A DNA stretch of 64,000 nt from a candidate division TM6 bacterium GW2011_GWF2_28_16 (GTDB lineage Bacteria > Patescibacteriota > Microgenomatia > UBA1400 > PJMF01), in NCBI GenBank assembly GCA_001029715.1, contig CP011212.1, positions 462,936 to 526,935 of the forward strand, in the 5' to 3' direction. Shown here piece by piece: positions 20,726 through 29,863 of this stretch. The notes beneath the pieces were generated by a model, which did no database searches, was not told where the DNA came from, and saw only the letters and a list, made by a program, of their open reading frames with translations. Position numbers and translations under genes: made by a program. The stretch's first letter is position 1; every line of letters begins with the position of its first letter.

Positions 20726-22138
20726 TTACTTGGTTTTCTCAAGAATAACTACCTCTAAACTATCGCTGCAGACAAAGCGGGTTTTTTCCTTTGACTCTCC
20801 AAATAGTGTTAGTTCGTTGTAGCTAGTTTTGCCATGTTCATAAACATCGTCATCTAGAACCACTGCCATTTCTGTGGCTTGGCCATTTTCTGTATTAATA
20901 TCTCTAACTTCGCAACCAGCTTCGCTCATCAAGTACTGGAATTCCATAGCATTATGATAAGGATGATGACTAGACTGATTGCCAATGTAGAGCGGTTTCT
21001 CTTGTTGCTCACAAAAACTCTTAGCGCAACTTTGCAACTCAGCTAAATTGTGTCTAGCTGGAGCAAAATAGTTTTCACGCAAAGCTGCTTTGATAAAGAT
21101 AATATAAAAGAAAATGGCACTTAAATAAATATATTTAATGCGCAAAAAACTAACCGTCAGAAATAAAAGTGGCAAAACCCCAAAAACATAATGAGAATGA
21201 ATAGAAATAGGCATAAGAATAGTCAAAGCGAGAGTAAAGAAAAATAAAAAGAAACTATTTTCAAAGAAGTTGTTTCTTTTCTTTACTCTATTAAAATAAA
21301 AAAACAAGATTATAAAAACTAAATATAATAGAACCCAAGGCCAAGTAGTGGCAAAGGTGAACTCACTAAGACTAGAAATACGAGCTGATAAAAAATTCTT
21401 ACCTTGATCAATTTTATCCCCAAAAAGCATCATTTTACTCAAGAGAAAATTATGTCTAAGTTCAAAAACTATGGTTGGCAAATTAGTCATAAGCAGAGAA
21501 ATGGCAATGTATAAGTAATATTGCAAGGTTTTTTTTGGTTTGCGATAAAGCATTAAAACAACAAAGGCTATTAAAGTTGGGACCGCTGAATAAGAAAAGG
21601 CTGTTGCCAAGGAAATACCGAAAGCACTAGCAATTAACAAAATCTTTTTGGGGTTTTTCTGCTCTAGATAAACGATCAGACTATAAAAAGCTACCAAAAT
21701 GCAAGGCGTGACAAAAGAAGGATTCCAGATAAAACGTCCCTGAATAATATATTGCGGATGAACAATGATGAGTAGAAAAACTAAAAGCAGGGATTTTTCC
21801 AAACGCGGATATTTACGTAAAAAATATAGCCCAGTGATGAAACTAATAATATAAAAACTAGCATAGGCAATCAAGCTAGCATAAGGTGAGTGCCCTGTAA
21901 TTAAGTAAAAAGGATAAAGTAAATAAAAATAAATCGCACTTTGATTGAATGGCAAAGCACTGGTTTGCGGGCCAAGTAGCGGTGGTTTACCAGTTTCTTG
22001 CCATTTAAAAAGAGTCAAAAAATCACGACCGATATCATTAAAGAATAAGAGAGAAGTTTCAATTTTATACAATCTAGTAAAGAGAAAAATTAAAATTAGA
22101 GCAAAAGCAGCGAGATAAAGATTACGGATTTTAAACAT
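20726..22138 (-). CDS. Probable GT-C glycosyltransferase
   Basis: TM1 then FNDIGRD acidic loop, LLGP, WNP; multi-TM. Confidence 0.7.
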   Translation of the reverse strand: MFKIRNLYLAAFALILIFLFTRLYKIETSLLFFNDIGRDFLTLFKWQETGKPPLLGPQTSALPFNQSAIYFYLLYPFYLITGHSPYASLIAYASFYIISFITGLYFLRKYPRLEKSLLLVFLLIIVHPQYIIQGRFIWNPSFVTPCILVAFYSLIVYLEQKNPKKILLIASAFGISLATAFSYSAVPTLIAFVVLMLYRKPKKTLQYYLYIAISLLMTNLPTIVFELRHNFLLSKMMLFGDKIDQGKNFLSARISSLSEFTFATTWPWVLLYLVFIILFFYFNRVKKRNNFFENSFFLFFFTLALTILMPISIHSHYVFGVLPLLFLTVSFLRIKYIYLSAIFFYIIFIKAALRENYFAPARHNLAELQSCAKSFCEQQEKPLYIGNQSSHHPYHNAMEFQYLMSEAGCEVRDINTENGQATEMAVVLDDDVYEHGKTSYNELTLFGESKEKTRFVCSDSLEVVILEKTK

Positions 22139-22179
22139 TAATAACTAGATTATAACAAAGATTTCAGAAGGAGTATATT

Positions 22180-22221
22180 TAACGTCCTATAATTGACTAA
22201 AATAGGTCAAAATGATAGAAT
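22180..22221 (+). promoter_or_regulatory. Sigma70-type promoter with upstream TAACGTCCTATAA motif
   Basis: TTGACT(22193-22198)-17-TAGAAT(22216-22221) with TG extension; motif 22180-22192 matches 46181-46193 at 12/13. Confidence 0.65.
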
Positions 22222-22290
22222 TCAAGCCTTGTATTGGCATTATTAATGGACAATCGCTGTCCTTGACTGGTGTCGATATGATATCGATCC

Positions 22291-22374
22291 TGTTCTTTAA
22301 AATATTCAATTATTCTATTTAGAATAGGTAGCTTACCCAGAGTCCATATCAAGGCTTTGAGCAAGCTACCTATT
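22291..22374 (+). promoter_or_regulatory. boxA-like element plus long leader hairpin
   Basis: TGTTCTTTAAAA 22291-22302; stem AATAGGTAGCTT(22323-22334)/AAGCTACCTATT(22363-22374) with further inner pairing. Confidence 0.55.
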
Positions 22375-22409
22375 GAATCGGTGGCAAAAATAAATTTCCG
22401 GAGGAAATT

Positions 22410-22892
22410 ATGAATCAAATTGGTGAATTAAGTTTTTCAGAAAAGATCTATCAAGCATTTGGAATGAAATCTGTGCTAATAAATGGGAATGGTTTTTCAG
22501 AAACCTCCTGCGGCAAGACTTATGAGCGAAATCGCTATTACTTTGCAGGAGAATTTTATGATTGGCTGCGTGGATCTAATTACAATGGAGAAGATCATGT
22601 TGTTATTGGCGATGACCTCGCCAGAGGAATCTTTTTCGATTGTAATTCAAATCTAGGCGCATTGCTGTCCCTTGGAGCTTTTGAGCTTGGGACTATCCCA
22701 AGAGACAAAGATTGGAAATGGGCAGTAAAAGAGCAAGAGGCAGTAAATGTCATAGTTGTCAAAGATGTAAAAGTTTTTGACATCGTTTTATCCTCAATCA
22801 AAATTGTTGATGATAGTATTGCTCCCGGTCTCTCTGGCATGGGAGGAAAATTTAGAATCTTGATGTTTGAAAAAAACATCAAAATTGAATAA
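22410..22892 (+). CDS. Hypothetical (orphan) protein, 160 aa
   Basis: GGAGG SD upstream, own promoter and terminator; no recognised motif. Confidence 0.75.
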   Translation: MNQIGELSFSEKIYQAFGMKSVLINGNGFSETSCGKTYERNRYYFAGEFYDWLRGSNYNGEDHVVIGDDLARGIFFDCNSNLGALLSLGAFELGTIPRDKDWKWAVKEQEAVNVIVVKDVKVFDIVLSSIKIVDDSIAPGLSGMGGKFRILMFEKNIKIE

Positions 22893-22907
22893 AAGCAGGA
22901 TCAAAAC

Positions 22908-22937
22908 GCGCCTTCGGTAACAACCGGGGGCGCTTTT
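22908..22937 (+). terminator. Intrinsic terminator
   Basis: GCGCCTTCGGT-aaca-ACCGGGGGCGC (11 bp, 2 G-U) then TTTT. Confidence 0.75.
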
Positions 22938-23018
22938 GCGTTTATAGTCACACTTCCTGCAACCCTAGGCATATATAATGACATTGTGTTAAATACTAAA
23001 ACAAATGATGACCAAAAC

Positions 23019-23053
23019 TTGAATTTGGCATTAGAATGGACTAAAATAGTCCA
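23019..23053 (+). promoter_or_regulatory. TA promoter with palindromic operator
   Basis: TTGAAT-17-TAAAAT; perfect inverted repeat TGGACTA-aaa-TAGTCCA (23037-23053) over the -10. Confidence 0.65.
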
Positions 23054-23057
23054 CAAT

Positions 23058-23306
23058 ATGTCCACAGTTCAGCTAAAAGTCACTATCTCAAATCGTTTGC
23101 AAATCTTGCTTAAAAATCAAGCAGAAAATCTTGGTTTAAGTATGGCTGCTTATGTTAAAAATTTAATCATTGAAGACATAAAAAAAAACGACTTCCCAAG
23201 CAAAATAGCCAGTCAAAAAATTGAGAAAAGCTATGAATCGGCTATCAAAAATAAAAAGTCAGCTAAAAAAATAGACAACTTAGATAAATTTTTTACTAAT
23301 TTATGA
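23058..23306 (+). CDS. Putative ribbon-helix-helix antitoxin
   Basis: VQLKVTI strand then helices (AENLGLSMAAYVKNLI); overlaps toxin start via ATGA; start moved to 23058. Confidence 0.7.
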   Translation: MSTVQLKVTISNRLQILLKNQAENLGLSMAAYVKNLIIEDIKKNDFPSKIASQKIEKSYESAIKNKKSAKKIDNLDKFFTNL

Positions 23307-23572
23307 AGCCGATTAAATTTGATCAAAATTTCATCAATAAATTAAAAAAACTTAAAAATCAGAATCTAACTCTTTATTTAAAAGTTCACAAACAACTTTC
23401 TCTTTTCAAAGAAAATCCCAAACATCCTTCTTTGCGCACCCATCAATTAAAAGGGAAACTTAAGAATGTTTTTAGCATCTCAGTCGACAGATCTTTTCGT
23501 CTAGTTTATATTAAAAATGGAGAATATTTATTTTTTGATCTGGGGTTTCACAGTCAAATCTACAAAGACTAA
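23303..23572 (+). CDS. RelE/YafQ-family mRNA interferase toxin
   Basis: 89 aa, basic; NPKHPSLRTHQLKG, SISVD..FRLVY, LGFHSQIY. Confidence 0.85.
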   Translation: MKPIKFDQNFINKLKKLKNQNLTLYLKVHKQLSLFKENPKHPSLRTHQLKGKLKNVFSISVDRSFRLVYIKNGEYLFFDLGFHSQIYKD

Positions 23573-24687
23573 CTCTTTTTCACCTTCTCAAACAACTTCA
23601 AGGCCTCAGCCACGGCCTGATCCATATTTAGGTAGCGATAGGTGCCAAGACGACCCACAAAATAGATGCCTTGAGCTTCTAATTTCTTAGCCTCACGTAG
23701 ATATTTCTTTAGCAATAAATGATTGCGTTCTCGAGGCACTGGATAATAGGGCTCGCCATCCCAAGTGGGATATTCTTTGGAGATGATGGTTTTAGCGAGA
23801 GCTTTTTTTGGTGGATAAAAATATTTGTATTCGATAACGCGAGTGAAAGGGTAGTCTAGGGAAGGGTAGTTGACGGCAGAATTGCTTTGGTAAAATTCTT
23901 GGTCGTGTTCTTCGAAGTGAAAATCCAAGGAGCGATATTCTAAATGACCATAAGCGTAATCAAAATATTGATCGATGGCACCAGTATAAAAAACTTGATC
24001 AAACTTGCTGAGATCGTTTTGTTCGCGAAAAACAAAAAAATCAGTTTTGAGACGCAACTCAATATTTTGATGCGATAACATTTTGGAGACTAAACCCTCG
24101 AAGCCATTGACTGGTAAAGCCTGATAGCGATCGGTGAAATAACGATTATCGGCATCAAAACGCAAAGGATTGCGCTTAATCACGGCCGCATCTAGCTCAC
24201 TAGGATCTAGCGCCCACTGTTTGAGACTGTAATTTTGAAAAATCGCTTCATAAAGTTCACTGCCCACTTGAGACAAAACATAATCTTCGCTATTAGCCAC
24301 GTCCTTGAGCTTTTTAGTTTTCTTAGCCAAAAAAGCCCGCATTTCTTCCGCACTACTGAGTTTCTGATGGAAAAATTGATTGATGGTATTCAAGTTAATC
24401 GGTAAATTGAGCAATTGATTTTTAACTTTGACTAAAACCTGATGCTCGTAACCCTGCCACTTGGAAAAGGCTCTCAGATAGTCCCAAACTTCTTGACTGT
24501 TGGTGTGAAATAAATGAGCACCATAATTGGAGACGCGAATGCCAGTTTGTTTGTCCAAGTGATCGAAACAATTGCCCGCTAAATGAGCCCTTTTATCAAT
24601 GACTAAGACAGAATCACCGCTACTAGCAAAGCGCTCGGCGAGTGTCGCTCCAGACAAACCAGCACCGATGATTAGAATGCGAGACAT
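23569..24687 (-). CDS. glf: UDP-galactopyranose mutase
   Basis: IIGAGLSG, GNCFD, YGAHLFHT, LEYRSL, EPYYP, GRLGTYRYLNMDQ. Confidence 0.95.
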   Translation of the reverse strand: MSRILIIGAGLSGATLAERFASSGDSVLVIDKRAHLAGNCFDHLDKQTGIRVSNYGAHLFHTNSQEVWDYLRAFSKWQGYEHQVLVKVKNQLLNLPINLNTINQFFHQKLSSAEEMRAFLAKKTKKLKDVANSEDYVLSQVGSELYEAIFQNYSLKQWALDPSELDAAVIKRNPLRFDADNRYFTDRYQALPVNGFEGLVSKMLSHQNIELRLKTDFFVFREQNDLSKFDQVFYTGAIDQYFDYAYGHLEYRSLDFHFEEHDQEFYQSNSAVNYPSLDYPFTRVIEYKYFYPPKKALAKTIISKEYPTWDGEPYYPVPRERNHLLLKKYLREAKKLEAQGIYFVGRLGTYRYLNMDQAVAEALKLFEKVKKS

Positions 24688-24771
24688 GACTTGATTATAC
24701 AGGGTGAATTTAAAAAAATACTAACCCCGTTGATTAGACAGGCTCCCCAAGTTATACTAATTAACAATAAA

Positions 24772-25725
24772 ATGAAAACAATTCTCGTTACCGGAGCAGT
24801 CGGATTTATTGGCTTTCACACCTCCAAACTTTTACTAGAAAAGGGTTATCAAGTCATTGGACTTGATGAGATTAATGATTACTACAATCCAGAATGGAAA
24901 GAAGCGAATTTAGCCAAACTCAAAGAAAATAACAATTTTAACTTTCTGAAGTTGGATATCAGAAATTTAAGCGATCTTAGAGAACAGCTCTCTAAGTACA
25001 AAATAGATGCCATTGTTCATTTAGCTGCTCGAGCTGGAGTGAGGCCTTCGATTGCTGATCCGCTACTTTATGAGGAAGTTAATATTAAAGGCACGATTAA
25101 TTTGCTTGAAATTGCTAAAGAAAATCAAATCAAACAATTCGTTTTTGCTTCTTCTTCTTCTGTTTATGGTAATCAGAGCAAAGTTCCTTTTTCTGAAACT
25201 GATCCTGTTAATGAGCCGATTAGTCCATATGCTGCCTCGAAAAAAGCTGGCGAAATGTTCTGTCACACTTATGCCCATCTTTACGACATCAACTGTATTT
25301 GTTTGCGTTTTTTTACTGTTTATGGCCCAAATGGCAGACCAGATATGGCACCATACATGTTCACCAAGGCTATTCTGGAGGGTAAAACCATCAAAAAATT
25401 TGGTGATGGTCAGACCCGTCGCGACTACACCTATGTCGACGACATTGTCTCTGGAGTAGTAGCCGCGATTGATCTGGACAGGAAATTTGAAATTATCAAT
25501 CTTGGCAATAGTAACCCTATCACCCTCAATGAATTTATTGAGATTCTAGAAAAAATCACTGGCAAGAAAATGCAAATTGAGCGATTGCCCATGCAGCCTG
25601 GAGATGTCGATCAAACCTTTGCTGATGTTGCTAAAGCTAAAAAACTACTTGGCTATGAAGCCAAGACCAGCTTTGAAGCAGGAATGAGAAAATTTGTAGA
25701 GTGGTATAGAGCAAATCGCTTCTAA
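24772..25725 (+). CDS. UDP-glucuronate 4-epimerase-like SDR
   Basis: TGAVGFIG, HLAARAGVR.S, YAASKK, RFFTVYGP.GRPDMA; start moved to 24772. Confidence 0.88.
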   Translation: MKTILVTGAVGFIGFHTSKLLLEKGYQVIGLDEINDYYNPEWKEANLAKLKENNNFNFLKLDIRNLSDLREQLSKYKIDAIVHLAARAGVRPSIADPLLYEEVNIKGTINLLEIAKENQIKQFVFASSSSVYGNQSKVPFSETDPVNEPISPYAASKKAGEMFCHTYAHLYDINCICLRFFTVYGPNGRPDMAPYMFTKAILEGKTIKKFGDGQTRRDYTYVDDIVSGVVAAIDLDRKFEIINLGNSNPITLNEFIEILEKITGKKMQIERLPMQPGDVDQTFADVAKAKKLLGYEAKTSFEAGMRKFVEWYRANRF

Positions 25726-25783
25726 TCACACTTCTTGTAAGCTTAGCTTGAGCTCCTCTAGGAAATCAGCTACAATCAGACTC

Positions 25784-26704
25784 ATGTATATTTCCTTTGT
25801 TGTCCCAATTTTTAATGAAGAAGGTAATGTGAAGAAACTTCACGAAGAGATTCTCAAAGTGGCCAAAGCGCTGAAAAAAGATTTTGAAATCATTCTGGTT
25901 GATGATGGCTCAAGAGATAAAACTCCAGAGATTATGAAAACTCTAAAACCAGTTAGAATTATTACTCTGAGACGTAACTCTGGTCAGACAGCTGCCCTTG
26001 ATGCCGGTTTTAAGGCTGCTAAGGGCGAGCTCATTGTCTCTCTAGATGGCGATTTACAAAATGACCCAGCCAATGTGCCAGCTATGCTCGAGTATTTAAG
26101 TGAAAATAATTTAGACGTAGTTTGTGGTTGGCGCAAAGATAGAAAAGATAGCTTTTCTAAAAAATTCATTTCCAAAGGTGCTAAAGCCTTACGAGAAATA
26201 TTTATCAGAGATCATGTTCATGATGCTGGTTGTACCCTAAGAGTTTATAAAAAAGAATGTTTTAGCGGTATGACTCTGCGTGGAGAAATGCATCGCTTCA
26301 TTCCAGCTCTTCTATCTTGGAGAGGTTTTAAAATTGGTGAAATAAAAGTTAATCATCGCGCCAGAATTCATGGTCAAAGTAAATACACTCTCACCAGAAC
26401 AGCAAAAGGCTTAATGGACATTTTAACGCTATGGTTTTTTCATAAATTTGCCTCAAGACCACTACACATGCTGGGAGCTATTGGTATTATTAGTAGTTTC
26501 ATAGGCTTTTTAATTGGTGTTTGGATGTTCATTGAGAAAGTATTTTTAGGGCAAGGAATTAGCAGTAGAATGTGGCCACTGATCGCAGTTTTTCTAATGC
26601 TTTTCGGTGTACAAATTTTTGTGAGTGGTCTGATTATGGATTTGATTATTAGAAGCTACAACCCAAAGTTTTATGAAATCAAAGACGAAAAAGACAATCA
26701 ATAA
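25784..26704 (+). CDS. GT2 polyprenyl-phosphate glycosyltransferase (GtrB/ArnC-like)
   Basis: PIFNEE, DDGSRD, DGDLQNDP, GEMHRFIP, two C-terminal TMs; promoter TTGAGC-17-TACAAT just before ATG 25784. Confidence 0.88.
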   Translation: MYISFVVPIFNEEGNVKKLHEEILKVAKALKKDFEIILVDDGSRDKTPEIMKTLKPVRIITLRRNSGQTAALDAGFKAAKGELIVSLDGDLQNDPANVPAMLEYLSENNLDVVCGWRKDRKDSFSKKFISKGAKALREIFIRDHVHDAGCTLRVYKKECFSGMTLRGEMHRFIPALLSWRGFKIGEIKVNHRARIHGQSKYTLTRTAKGLMDILTLWFFHKFASRPLHMLGAIGIISSFIGFLIGVWMFIEKVFLGQGISSRMWPLIAVFLMLFGVQIFVSGLIMDLIIRSYNPKFYEIKDEKDNQ

Positions 26705-27290
26705 AGCTTGGGATAGAATTTTTCCAGAACTCTTATTGAGCTTAACTATAATTTCTTTTTATCTTATTACAGTAGATCTTTATCAATATTTATTTACTGA
26801 GCTTTGGTGGAAGTTTGATAGTTTAAATTATAACTACACAACTATATATCTAATATTACTAATTTTGCTTTTTTCTTTTATTGATTTGAGAAAGCTATTA
26901 ACCAAAAAATATCTAAGGCAGGGAATGATTGCTCTTCTTTTCGTAATCACTTTAATTGGACATAAATTCTACACCAACTTTTATAATGAGCTTCAAACTT
27001 ACCCCAAAATTAAAAGCATCAGTAAAGATTGGGGTATACCTGGTAGCTGGGTAAAAGTAACAGGTAGAAACTTTGGAGCAGCCTGGCAACCAGGAAAAGT
27101 TTACTTGGGTGAAACAGAGATGACTATTAAAAAATGGGAAGATAAGGAGGTTATTTTTGAGATACCAGTCTATGTAATGGAAGGAAATCAACAATTGAAG
27201 ATATTTAATATATTCAATAAAGAGCAGAAACAATATTTCCAATTTAAGACAATGTTTAACCTAAAAAGTGTAGATGAGGTTTTAAAATGA
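26673..27290 (+). CDS. Membrane-anchored IPT/TIG-domain protein
   Basis: Three TMs then PKIKSIS...G.PGS.V.VTGRNFG...V.......I..W.D.EV...IP. Confidence 0.75.
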   Translation: MKSKTKKTINKAWDRIFPELLLSLTIISFYLITVDLYQYLFTELWWKFDSLNYNYTTIYLILLILLFSFIDLRKLLTKKYLRQGMIALLFVITLIGHKFYTNFYNELQTYPKIKSISKDWGIPGSWVKVTGRNFGAAWQPGKVYLGETEMTIKKWEDKEVIFEIPVYVMEGNQQLKIFNIFNKEQKQYFQFKTMFNLKSVDEVLK

Positions 27291-29863
27291 AAAATTATTT
27301 AAACAAATTGTTTAACAATAGCCTTTTAACTTTATTGTTTTTTAAAAGCATATTTTTTTTAATAAATCAAGAAGCATCAGTATTTTTTTTAAATAATATT
27401 TTATATATATTATTATTTTTGTTTTTTTTAAAAAATATAAAATTCATTTATAAAGAAAAAAACACTTTATTTTTATTTCTTTCTTTTATATTGGTTTTTA
27501 TTTTTATAAATGTATATTCTTTTATATCTAGCAGCGATTCTATATTTTCATTTGATGAAAGAAGTAATACTGAAAATAAAAAAATAGCTATAGAATCAAA
27601 TCTAGTTTACGAAAGTGAATTTGTTTCAAAATTAAATAATCTCGGAAGTATTTCAGTTCCACTGGAAATAGATAGTGCTGAAAACGCAATACTTGATGGC
27701 GAAATAAATAAAATTAAAATAAAATTTTCAATTAGAAAAGATGGAGATGAAGAATCATTTTATACGAATGTCTACGATATAATTCTTGATAATAATGTTT
27801 TTATTTTTCCATTTGGTTTCCCGAAACAAATAGATTCTAAAAATATTAAATACATAGTAAATTTATCTGTTGAACAATCTCCATATAAAATATATTTTAA
27901 ATTAAAAAACGGATCCGACTTTGTTTCTGTTTTTCCAAGATATGTGTATTCAAAAAATGATCTTTTTAATTTTAAAGAGATTTCTCCTTTTTTTTATGAA
28001 AAATATGCTAATTATTTAAACACAAAATTATTTTATTCTTTTAATATTACAATGTTTTATTGTTTTTCATTGATATTTTTTAAAAAAATATTTAAAAAAA
28101 AACAATTAGCTAATATTCTATTATATTCAATTTCAATAATTTTAATTTTTTTAATAAATATCGAGAACAACTATATATCATATTCTGAATTTTTTGATCA
28201 ACTATTGAGCCAAAAAAATTTAATTTTTCTATTTGCGCTTTTAACACTCTTGTTCTCTAACTTTAAAATACGTCAACATAAAATAAATAAAACAAATGCA
28301 GTAAACAAATACTTTTTATTTTTATTGTTTTTTTTAGCGATAATTCTAAGAACACACAATCTTGGGTCTGGGTCTTACGTCACAGATGAAGGATCAACAG
28401 CAAAATACTCATACGCAATAAATAAAAATTTAACTCCATGCTTAGATGAAATTTGTTATTTGAGGGGGTTGCCTTATTTGTATTTTACCTCCCTTATAAC
28501 TGCTATTTTTTCAGTAAACGAACTTACCGTTAGATTATCAGGATTAATATTTTCTTTGGCTGGATTTTTTATTTTTTACCTTGTTTTAAAAGATTTAAAT
28601 TTCAATAAAAAAACAATATATTTATCTTTGTTTTTGATTATGTTTTCGGATTGGAGTTTAGAATTCTCTAGATATGCCAGAATGTATTCAGCACTGTTCT
28701 TTTTTGTTATAGCAACTTTTTATTTTTATATAAAAACTTTTTTTAAAAAGAAAAATAAGTATTTAGCACCACTGTTCATCTCTTCGTTTTTGGCCATAAT
28801 AACCCATCAGTTTGGGATGTTACTGTTATATTTAATAATAGGACCGATTATTACCGGCAATATTAAAGATTTCTCATCTAAAAAACATTTAGCTTATTCA
28901 ATTTTTATTTTTATAACAGTTTTTGTTTTATTAATTAAATTTCCAGGAATAACTTATTCTAATAAATATCTTGGATACAATGATGTTTTTAGAGATAGTA
29001 CCGCTAACGTTGATAATTTTTGGTTTTTGAAGAGATTGCAATCGCCAAATCTTTCTATTATTTATGACATTTATAATTATCTTCCATTAGTTTTAGTGAT
29101 GTTAATATATTTCCTATATAAAAAATGCATCAACCTTAACTTTTCTCAAAAAAACCTAATTCATGGGTTTATATATTTCTCAATATTTATTATTTTAATA
29201 TATGATTCTCAATTTGAAACAAAATATTTGTGGTGGATGCTGCCTTTTGCATACATTGTCGTATCTGAAGAGTTGGAATTACTTTTTAAAGATAACAAGA
29301 TAATTGGTTTTTTATCTTTTATAACCATCTTTTTTCCATCATTTATAGGTTCTTATCAAATTTTAGAAAGAAATTTTGGATCAAATTTATCAAGAAATCT
29401 TCTAATTTCACCAACTAGCACGGAAGACTATAGCGTTGATGATAAAACTCCTGTTCTATATGTTATAAATCACATGAAAAACAAAGACATTGTGATTACC
29501 GATTACTGGATGCACGATATTTATTTTGAAACTCTAAATGAAAGTAAAAGTAATTATTTTATAAGCGAATGGAGTGGAAAAGAATTTCTAATAAAATTTC
29601 CACAGTATAAATTAATTTTTGAAGGAGATGCTGTAAAACAAACAATTAATGGACCAATTTTTATTAATAGCTTAAATGAATTTATTGAATTAATTAACAA
29701 TCATAACAGAGTTTGGTTTGTTTCATCAGCCGACTATATAGGAAGAAGGCATGAACATATATCTATTCCAGAAATTTCTAAATACATACATCATTCTAAA
29801 ATAAATCCTGTGTACACGGGATTAGATAATAATACAAAAGTCTATTTCTTTAACAAAGAGTAA
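27287..29863 (+). CDS. Large GT-C glycosyltransferase with N-terminal extracytoplasmic module
   Basis: YVTDE motif, ELTVRL, FSRYARMYS; FPFGFP-containing soluble module near the N-terminus. Confidence 0.75.
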   Translation: MKNYLNKLFNNSLLTLLFFKSIFFLINQEASVFFLNNILYILLFLFFLKNIKFIYKEKNTLFLFLSFILVFIFINVYSFISSSDSIFSFDERSNTENKKIAIESNLVYESEFVSKLNNLGSISVPLEIDSAENAILDGEINKIKIKFSIRKDGDEESFYTNVYDIILDNNVFIFPFGFPKQIDSKNIKYIVNLSVEQSPYKIYFKLKNGSDFVSVFPRYVYSKNDLFNFKEISPFFYEKYANYLNTKLFYSFNITMFYCFSLIFFKKIFKKKQLANILLYSISIILIFLINIENNYISYSEFFDQLLSQKNLIFLFALLTLLFSNFKIRQHKINKTNAVNKYFLFLLFFLAIILRTHNLGSGSYVTDEGSTAKYSYAINKNLTPCLDEICYLRGLPYLYFTSLITAIFSVNELTVRLSGLIFSLAGFFIFYLVLKDLNFNKKTIYLSLFLIMFSDWSLEFSRYARMYSALFFFVIATFYFYIKTFFKKKNKYLAPLFISSFLAIITHQFGMLLLYLIIGPIITGNIKDFSSKKHLAYSIFIFITVFVLLIKFPGITYSNKYLGYNDVFRDSTANVDNFWFLKRLQSPNLSIIYDIYNYLPLVLVMLIYFLYKKCINLNFSQKNLIHGFIYFSIFIILIYDSQFETKYLWWMLPFAYIVVSEELELLFKDNKIIGFLSFITIFFPSFIGSYQILERNFGSNLSRNLLISPTSTEDYSVDDKTPVLYVINHMKNKDIVITDYWMHDIYFETLNESKSNYFISEWSGKEFLIKFPQYKLIFEGDAVKQTINGPIFINSLNEFIELINNHNRVWFVSSADYIGRRHEHISIPEISKYIHHSKINPVYTGLDNNTKVYFFNKE

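Noticed and set aside
22197-22418. 73-aa minus-strand ORF in the orphan-gene leader
   Set aside because: Antisense to the promoter/boxA/hairpin leader, overlaps the 160-aa start, and has no motif.
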